Positions 25,901 through 36,322 of a stretch of DNA of 39,233 nt are shown piece after piece. This DNA is from Nemertoderma westbladi (taxonomy: Eukaryota; Animalia; Xenacoelomorpha), in assembly GCA_032718475.1 (NCBI GenBank), contig JAUCBJ010002498.1:1-39233 (forward strand), given 5' to 3'. A program made the position numbers and the translations under genes. The notes under the pieces were generated by a model. It ran no database searches. It was not told the DNA's origin and was given only the letters and a program-made list of their open reading frames with translations. Every line of letters starts with the position of its first letter. Positions within the stretch are counted from its first letter, which is position 1.

Positions 25901-28900
25901 GTTTGTTACCAGTTGTATGCCATACTGGTAGTATTCTGGAACCTTAACTTCGTATGACTAAGTTATATCAAATAGACCACCAAGTAATTATATTTACTAC
26001 CATTGTATCCCCGTTTGTTACCAGTTGTATGCCTCACTGGTAGTATTCTGGAACCTTAACTTCGTATGACTAAGTTATATCAAATAGACCACCAAGTAAT
26101 TATATTTACTACCATTGTATCCCCGTTTGTTACCAGTTGTATGCCATACTGGTAGTATTCTGGAACCCTAACTTCGTATGACTAAGTTATATCAAATAGA
26201 CCACCAAGTAATTATATTTACTACCATTGTATCCCCGTTTGTTACCAGTTGTATGCCATACTGGTAGTATTCTGGAACCTTAACTTCGTATGACTAAGTT
26301 ATATCAAATAGACCACCAAGTAATTATATTTACTACCATTGTATCCCCGTTTGTTACCAGTTATATGCCACACTGGTAGTATTCTGGAACCTTAACTTCG
26401 TATGACTAAGTTATATCAAATAGACCACCAAGTAATTATATTTACTACCATTGTATCCCCGTTTGTTACCAGTTGTATGCCATACTGGTAGTATTCTGGA
26501 ACCTTAACTTCGTATGACTAAGTTATATCAAATAGACCACCAAGTAATTATATTTACTACCATTGTATCCCCGTTTGTTACCAGTTGTATGCCATACTGG
26601 TAGTATTCTGGAACCTTAACTTCGTATGACTAAGTTATATCAAATAGACCACCAAGTAATTATATTTACTACCATTGTATCCCCGTTTGTTACCAGTTGT
26701 ATGCCACACTGGTAGTATTCTGGAACCTTAACTTCGTATGACTAAGTTATATCAAATAGACCACCAAGTAATTATATTTACTACCATTGTATCCCCGTTT
26801 GTTACCAGTTGTATGCCCTACTGGTAGTATTCTGGAACCTTAACTTCGTATGACTAAGTTATATCAAATAGACCACCAAGTAATTATATTTACTACCATT
26901 GTATCCCCGTTTGTTACCAGTTGTATGCCATACTGGTAGTATTCTGGAACCTTAACTTCGTATGACTAAGTTATATCAAATAGACCACCAAGTAATTATA
27001 TTTACTACCATTGTATCCCCGTTTGTTACCAGTTATATGCCCCACTGGTAGTATTCTGGAACCTTAACTTCGTATGACTAAGTTATATCAAATAGACCAC
27101 CAAGTAATTATATTTACTACCATTGTATCCCCGTTTGTTACCAGTTGTATGCCCCACTGGTAGTATTCTGGAACCTTAACTTCGTATGACTAAGTTATAT
27201 CAAATAGACCACCAAGTAATTATATTTACTACCATTGTATCCCCGTTTGTTACCAGTTGTATGCCATACTGGTAGTATTCTGGAACCTTTACTTCGTATG
27301 ACTAAGTTATATCAAATAGACCACCAAGTAATTATATTTACTACCACTTGTATCCCCGTTTGTTACCAGTTGTATGCCCCACTGGTAGTATTCTGGAACC
27401 TTAACTTCGTTTGACTAAGTTATATCAAATAGACCACCAAGTAATTATATTTACTACCACTTGTATCCCCATTTGTTACCAGTTATATGCCCCACTGGTG
27501 TATTCTGGAACCTTAACTTCGTATGACTAAGTTATATCAAATAGACCACCAAGTAATTATATTTACTACAGTTGTATCCCCATTTGTTACCAGTTATATG
27601 CCACACTGGTAGTATTCTGGAACCTTAACTTCGTATGACTAAGTTATATGCCGCGCTGGTAGTATTCTGGAACCTTAACTTCGAATGACTAAGTTATATG
27701 CCGCGCTGGTAGTATTCTGGAACCTTAACTTCGTATGACTAAGTTATATGCCGCGATTGTAGTATTCTGGAACCTTAACTTCGTATGACTAAGTTATACC
27801 AAATAGACCACCAAGTAATTATATTTACTACCATTGTATCCCCGTTTGTTACCAGTTATATGCCCCACTGGTAGTATTCTGGAACCTTAACTTCGTATGA
27901 CTAAGTTATATGCCGCGATTGTAGTATTCTGGAACCTTAACTTCGTATGACTAAGTTATACCAAATAGACCACCAAGTAATTATATTTACTACCATTGTA
28001 TCCCCATTTGTTACCAGTTATATGCCGCGCTTGTAGTATTCTGGAACCTTAACTTCGTATGACTAAGTTATATCAAATAGACCACCAAGTAAATATATTT
28101 ACTACACTTGTATCCCCATTTGTTACCAGTTATATGCCCCACTGGTAGTATTCTGGAACCTTAACTTCGTATGACTAAGTTATATCAAATAGACCACCAA
28201 GTAATTATATTTACTACACTTGTATCCCCATTTGTTACCAGTTATATGCCACACTGGTAGTATTCTGGAACCTTAACTTTGTATGACTAAGTTATATCAA
28301 ATAGACCACCAAGTAATTATATTTACTACCATTGTATCCCCGTTTGTTACCAGTTATATGCCCCACTGGTAGTATTCTGGAACCTTAACTTCGTATGACT
28401 AAGTTATATGCCGCGATTGTAGTATTCTGGAACCTTAACTTCGTATGACTAAGTTATACCAAATAGACCACCAAGTAATTATATTTACTACACTTGTATC
28501 CCCATTTGTTACCAGTTATATGCCCCACTGGTAGTATTCTGGAACCTTAACTTCGTATGACTAAGTTATATCAAATAGACCACCAAGTAATTATATTTAC
28601 TACACTTGTATCCCCATTTGTTACCAGTTATATGCCCCACTGGTAGTATTCTGGAACCTTAACTTCGTATGACTAAGTTATATCAAATAGACCACCAAGT
28701 AATTATATTTACTACACTTGTATCCCCATTTGTTACCAGTTATATGCCACACTGGTAGTATTCTGGAACCTTAACTTCGTATGACTAAGTTATATCAAAT
28801 AGACCACCAAGTAATTATATTTACTACACTTGTATCCCCATTTGTTACCAGTTATATGCCCCACTGGTAGTATTCTGGAACCTTAACTTCGTATGACTAA

Positions 28901-31900
28901 GTTATATCAAATAGACCACCAAGTAATTATATTTACTACACTTGTATCCCCATTTGTTACCAGTTATATGCCCCACTGGTAGTATTCTGGAACCTTAACT
29001 TCGTATGACTAAGTTATATCAAATAGACCACCAAGTAATTATATTTACTACACTTGTATCCCCATTTGTTACCAGTTATATGCCACACTGGTAGTATTCT
29101 GGAACCTTAACTTTGTATGACTAAGTTATATCAAATAGACCACCAAGTAATTATATTTACTACCATTGTATCCCCGTTTGTTACCAGTTATATGCCCCAC
29201 TGGTAGTATTCTGGAACCTTAACTTCGTATGACTAAGTTATATGCCGCGATTGTAGTATTCTGGAACCTTAACTTCGTATGACTAAGTTATACCAAATAG
29301 ACCACCAAGTAATTATATTTACTACCATTGTATCCCCATTTGTTACCAGTTATATGCCGCGCTTTTAGTATTCTGGAACCTTAACTTCGTATGACTAAGT
29401 TATATCAAATAGACCACCAAGTAAATATATTTACTACACTTGTATCCCCATTTGTTACCAGTTATATGCCCCACTGGTAGTATTCTGGAACCTTAACTTC
29501 GTATGACTAAGTTATATCAAATAGACCACCAAGTAATTATATTTACTACACTTGTATCCCCATTTGTTACCAGTTATATGCCCCACTGGTAGTATTCTGG
29601 AACCTTAACTTCGTATGACTAAGTTATATCAAATAGACCACCAAGTAATTATATTTACTACACTTGTATCCCCATTTGTTACCAGTTATATGCCACACTG
29701 GTAGTATTCTGGAACCTTAACTTCGTATGACTAAGTTATATGCCGCACTGGTAGTATTCTGGAACCTTAACTTTGTATGACTAAGTTATATCAAATAGAC
29801 CACCAAGTAATTATATTTACTACCATTGTATCACCGTTTGTTACCAGTTATATGCCCCACTGGTAGTATTCTGGAACCTTAACTTCGTATGACTAAGTTA
29901 TATCAAATAGACCACCAAGTAATTATATTTACTACCATTGTATCACCGTTTGTTACCAGTTATATGCCCCACTGGTAGTATTCTGGAACCTTAACTTCGT
30001 ATGACTAAGTTATATCAAATAGACCACCAAGTAATTATATTTACTACCATTGTATCCCCGTTTGTTACCAGTTATATGCCTCACTGGTAGTATTCTGGAA
30101 CCTTAACTTCGTATGACTAAGTTATATGCCGCGCTTGTAGTATTCTGGAACCTTAACTTCGTATGACTAAGTTATATGCCGCACTGGTAGTATTCTGGAA
30201 CCTTAACTTTGTATGACTAAGTTATATCAAATAGACCACCAAGTAATTATATTTACTACCATTGTATCACCGTTTGTTACCAGTTATATGCCCCACTGGT
30301 AGTATTCTGGAACCTTAACTTCGTATGACTAAGTTATATCAAATAGACCACCAAGTAATTATATTTACTACCATTGTATCACCGTTTGTTACCAGTTATA
30401 TGCCCCACTGGTAGTATTCTGGAACCTTAACTTCGTATGACTAAGTTATACCAAATAGACCACCAAGTAATTATATTTACTACACTTGTATCCCCATTTG
30501 TTACCAGTTGTATGCCGCGCTTGTAGTATTCTGGAACCTTAACTTCGTATGACTAAGTTATACCAAATAGACCACCAATTAATAATTATATTTACTACCA
30601 TTGTATCCCCGTTTGTTACCAGTTATATGCCTCACTGGTAGTATTCTGGAACCTTAACTTCGTATGACTAAGTTATATGCCGCGCTTGTAGTATTCTGGA
30701 ACCTTAACTTCGTATGACTAAGTTATATCAAATAGACCACCAAGTAATTATATTTACTACCATTGTATCCCCATTTGTTACCAGTTATATGCCCCACTGG
30801 TAGTATTCTGGAACCTTAACTTCGTATGACTAAGTTATATGCCGCGCTTGTTGTATTCTGGAACCTTACCTTCGTATGACTAAGTTATACCAAATAGACC
30901 ACCAAGTAATTATATTTACTACCATTGTATCCCCGTTTGTTACCAGTTATATGCCGCGCTTGTAGTATTCTGGAACCTTAACTTTGTATGACTAAGTTAT
31001 ATGCCGCGCTTGTAGTATTCTGGAACCTTAACTTCGTATGACTAAGTTATACCAAATAGACCACCAAGTAATTATATTTACTACCATTGTATCCCCGTTT
31101 GTTACCAGTTATATGCCGCGCTGGTAGTATTCTGGAACCTTAACTTTGTATGACAAAGTTATATGCCGCGCTTGTAGTATTCTGGAACCTTAACTTCGTA
31201 TGACTAAGTTATACCAAATAGACCACCAAGTAATTATATTTACTACCATTGTATCCCCGTTTGTTACCAGTTATATGCCGCGCTTGTAGTATTCTGGAAC
31301 CTTAACTTTGTATGAGTAAGTTATATGCCGCGCTTGTAGTATTCTGGAACCTTAACTTCGTATGACTAAGTTATACCAAATAGACCACCAAGTAATTATA
31401 TTTACTACCATTGTATCCCCGTTTGTTACCAGTTATATGCCGCGCTTGTAGTATTCTGGAACCTTAACTTTGTATGACTAAGTTATATGCCGCGCTTGTA
31501 GTATTCTGGAACCTTAACTTCGTATGACTAAGTTATACCAAATAGACCACCAAGTAATTATATTTACTACCATTGTATCCCCATTTGTTACCAGTTATAT
31601 GCCACACTGGTAGTATTCTGGAACCTTAACTTCGTATGACTAAGTTATATCAAATAGAGTAATCATATTTACTACCATTGTATCCCCATTTGTTACCAGT
31701 TATATGCCGCGCTGGTAGTATTCTGGAACCTTAACTTCGTATGACTAAGTTATATACCGCGTTGGTAGTATTCTGGAACCTTAACTTCGTATGACTAAGT
31801 TATACCAAATAGACCACCAATTAATAATTATATTTACTACCATTGTATCCCCGTTTGTTACCAGTTATATGCCTCACTGGTAGTATTCTGGAACCTTAAC

Positions 31901-34414
31901 TTCGTATGACTAAGTTATATGCCGCGCTTGTTGTATTCTGGAACCTTACCTTCGTATGACTAAGTTATACCAAATAGACCACCAAGTAATTATATTTACT
32001 ACACTTGTATCCCCGTTTGTTACCAGTTATATGCCATGCTGGTAGTATTCTGGAACCTTTACTTCGTATGACTAAGTTATATCAAATCGACCACCAAGTA
32101 ATTATATTTACTACACTTGTATCCCCGTTTTTACCAGTTATATGCCTCACTGGTAGTATTCTGGAACCTTAACTTCGTATGACTAAGTTATATCAAATAG
32201 ACCACCAAGTAATTATATTTACTACACTTGTATCCCCGTTTGTTACCAGTTATATGCCCCACTGGTAGTATTCTGGAACCTTAACTTCGTATGACTAAGT
32301 TATATCAAATAGACCACCAAGTAATTATATTTACTACCATTGTATCCCCATTTGTTACCAGTTATATGCCCCACTGGTAGTATTCTGGAACCTTAACTTC
32401 GTATGACTAAGTTATATGCCGCGCTTGTTGTATTCTGGAACCTTACCTTCGTATGACTAAGTTATACCAAATAGACCACCAAGTAATTATATTTACTACC
32501 ATTGTATCCCCGTTTGTTACCAGTTATATGCCGCGCTTGTAGTATTCTGGAACCTTAACTTTGTATGACTAAGTTATATGCCGCGCTTGTAGTATTCTGG
32601 AACCTTAACTTCGTATGACTAAGTTATACCAAATAGACCACCAAGTAATTATATTTACTACCATTGTATCCCCGTTTGTTACCAGTTATATGCCGCGCTG
32701 GTAGTATTCTGGAACCTTAACTTTGTATGACAAAGTTATATGCCGCGCTTGTAGTATTCTGGAACCTTAACTTCGTATGACTAAGTTATACCAAATAGAC
32801 CACCAAGTAATTATATTTACTACCATTGTATCCCCGTTTGTTACCAGTTATATGCCGCGCTTGTAGTATTCTGGAACCTTAACTTTGTATGACTAAGTTA
32901 TATGCCGCGCTTGTAGTATTCTGGAACCTTAACTTCGTATGACTAAGTTATACCAAATAGACCACCAAGTAATTATATTTACTACCATTGTATCCCCGTT
33001 TGTTACCAGTTATATGCCGCGCTTGTAGTATTCTGGAACCTTAACTTTGTATGACTAAGTTATATGCCGCGCTTGTAGTATTCTGGAACCTTAACTTCGT
33101 ATGACTAAGTTATACCAAATAGACCACCAAGTAATTATATTTACTACCATTGTATCCCCATTTGTTACCAGTTATATGCCACACTGGTAGTATTCTGGAA
33201 CCTTAACTTCGTATGACTAAGTTATATCAAATAGAGTAATCATATTTACTACCATTGTATCCCCATTTGTTACCAGTTATATGCCGCGCTGGTAGTATTC
33301 TGGAACCTTAACTTCGTATGACTAAGTTATATGCCGCGCTGGTAGTATTCTGGAACCTTAACTTCGTATGACTAAGTTATATCAAATAGACCACCAAGTA
33401 ATTATATTTACTACCATTGTATCCCCGTTTGTTACCAGTTATATGCAGCGCTGGTAGTATTCTGGAACCTTAACTTCGTATGACTAAGTTATATCAAATA
33501 GACCACCAAGTAATTATATTTACTACCATTGTATCCCCGTTTGTTACCAGTTATATGCAGCGCTGGTAGTATTCTGGAACCTTAACTTCGTATGACTAAG
33601 TTATATCAAATACACCACCAATTAATAATTATATTTACTACCATTGTATCCCCGTTTGTTACCAGTTATATGCCCCACTGGTAGTATTCTGGAATCTTAA
33701 CTTCGTATGACTAAGTTATATCAAATAGACCACCAATTAATAATTATATTTACTACCATTGTATCCCCATTTCTTACCAGTTGTATGCCACACTGGTAGT
33801 ATTCTGGAACCTTAACTTCGTATGACTAAGTTATATCAAATACACCACCAAGTAATTATATTTACTACCATTGTATCCCCGTTTGTTACCAGTTATATGC
33901 AGCGCTGGTAGTATTCTGGAACCTTAACTTTGTATGACTAAGTTATATCAAATACACCACCAAATAATAATTATATTTACTACCATTGTATCCCCGTTTG
34001 TTACCAGTTATATGCCCCACTGGTAGTATTCTGGAATCTTAACTTCGTATGACTAAGTTATATCAAATAGACCACCAATTAATAATTATATTTACTACCA
34101 TTGTATCCCCATATCTTACCAGTTGTATGCCACACTGGTAGTATTCTGGAACCTTAACTTCGTATGACTAAGTTATATCAAATAGACCACCAATTAATAA
34201 TTATATTTACTACCATTGTATCCCCATTTCTTACCAGTTGTATGCCACACTGGTAGTATTCTGGAACCTTAACTTCGTATGACTAAGTTATATCAAATAG
34301 ACCACCAAGTAATTATATTTACTACACTTGTATCCCCGTTTGTTACCAGTTGTCTGCCATACTGGTAGTATTCTGGAACCTTAACTTCGTATGACTAAGT
34401 TATATCAAATAGAC
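19933..34414. repeat. 14.5-kb satellite array: 112-bp monomer (roughly 120 units) with interspersed 50-bp sub-units in the right half
   Basis: GTAATTATATTTACTACCATTGTATCCCCGTTTGTTACCAGTTATATGCCNNNCTGGTAGTATTCTGGAACCTTAACTTCGTATGACTAAGTTATATCAAATAGACCACCAA. Period 20041->20153->20265. Confidence 0.98.
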
Positions 34415-34454
34415 TACGTATTTAGATGCATTAGATGCAATAGATGCAAAGTTA

Positions 34455-34678
34455 GGCTTTTATAACCAAAACAATAAACAATGTTATTACCAATTGGGGG
34501 GAAGGAACAGGTTACAGAGGTAGGCGTTTATAACCAAAACAATAAACAATGTTGTTACCAATTGGGGGATAGGAGCAGGTTACAGAGGTGGGCTTTTATA
34601 ACCAAAACAATAAACAATGTTGTTACCAGTTGTTGGAAAGTAGCAGGTTACAGAGGTAGGCTTTTAAAACCAAAACAA
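34455..34678. repeat. 68-bp tandem array, block 3 (~3 units, diverged)
   Basis: ...AGGAGCAGGTTACAGAGGTGGGCTTTTATAACCAAAACAATAAACAATGTTGTTACC... Confidence 0.9.
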
Positions 34679-35819
34679 GAATATGTATTGTTACAACAAA
34701 CGACTTATGACATACCAAGGGAAGCGCTCCCATGAAACCAATATGTTCCATAATTTATTTCAACTTATGACATACAACTTACAAAATATGTACTGGTACT
34801 TCGAATTCCAATAAAAAATAGTTATGAATGATTAATTTTAATAGATTAATGATTAATTGTAATGGAAGAATGATTAAATTTAGTGGAGATTGGTTAAAAT
34901 TAGTGAAAATACGCAATACAAATAGTTGAAGAATGATTAATTTGAGTGATAAAAAAATTAATTGTGAGGATGTTATATGTTTAAATAGAGTTTAGTACAA
35001 TATGAATATATCGTTTCTTGCTGTAAAGTAGTCTTCTAGGATCTTGGTCACATTGTTTACTGTTGTATTAACTAACAATAAGTTTTTTTTTAAAACACTG
35101 GTGACGAGTTAATTGTCCGAGTTCGGTCGTCGACCTAGTAGTAGTTATAACGAGTCAATGGCTCAAATTGACCGCAAGCACCAAGGATGTGTTTCGTGGT
35201 TTTGAGATTTTTGTTTAATTTAAAATAATTAGGAAAGGGGGGAGGTTACAGTAGTGGCTGTGAAATCTGATGAAATCTCCTCTCTATTTAGTATTTGATA
35301 ATAATTGATCATTGAGAAAAAATATTCATTGTTTAATAATGTTTTTCTTTGTAAGAACTGTGTGGTGTGTTACGTTACACCAACGAGCGTATTGATTGAG
35401 TGAGTATAAATAAAGATACGGGGATTATATTATACATATTGTACCAAACAAATAGTATCCGTTGTCGCTGTGGTGAGTGGTGTGGTGGCTCTGGTTTTTT
35501 TCCCGATCCAATGATACTAAACACATGCGATTTGAATTGTTTACTTTTTATCTATCTCATTAATAACAGTCTAATATTGTAATGTACAGTATGTTATATA
35601 AATAACTCATATACTAAATATTTCATAGAATATAAATATTACTTTTTATTTAAGTGGACACAAGTCCACTTAAGGACACAAGTCAGCCTAATAAAAGTGT
35701 TCAAAGTAACAAAATATAGTGTACTGATCTGAGTGCTTTGTAACACGAACGAACGTAATGAGTGAGTGCAAATAAAGATTCGAGAATCAGAATACTTTGT
35801 AATATTTAAAGATCATTAT

Positions 35820-36010
35820 TATTAAAACCAGCTTTAGTGTAAGCCTCGCTGGTAATTTTCTGGAGCCTTATTTCGTGTGAAAAACTTATATCAAACATAC
35901 CTCCCAGTTGTATAATAGGTTATTATCATTGAATTGCCTTTAATTACCAGTTGTAGTGTATGCCGCGATGATAGTATTCTGGAATCTTTCTTCGTGTGAT
36001 GAATTGTTAT
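35820..36010. repeat. Degenerate monomers of the 112-bp satellite
   Basis: ctggtaattttctggagccttatttcgtgtgaaaaacttatatcaaacatacc and ttaccagttgtagtgtatgccgcgatgatagtattctggaatctttcttcgtgtga. Confidence 0.7.
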
Positions 36011-36322
36011 TGCGTGACGTGATAATAGGGGGGGGGGGGGGGGGGGGGGGTCTAAGCTGGCCGCTTTGTGACAGAGGGTGGAGTGGGGATCAAAAATTAA
36101 AGCGTTTCTTAATTTAAGGATATCCCGATCACACACGATTTACACGATCAGTGTATGTAATTGACATAAATAACAAAGACTGTTAGTAATATTTAATAAT
36201 ATATTTAATTATTTAATAATAATAATTACAGATTATTACAGATAGGGGAGAGACTTTCCAAACTATCTAAATTCTTCTATCTCATATTATAATATATAAT
36301 ATTATTAAATTAATTGTTTTAG

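Noticed and set aside
19933-34414. CRISPR array
   Set aside because: There are no unique spacers (only a few variable bases per 112-bp unit), no cas genes, and the context is eukaryotic.
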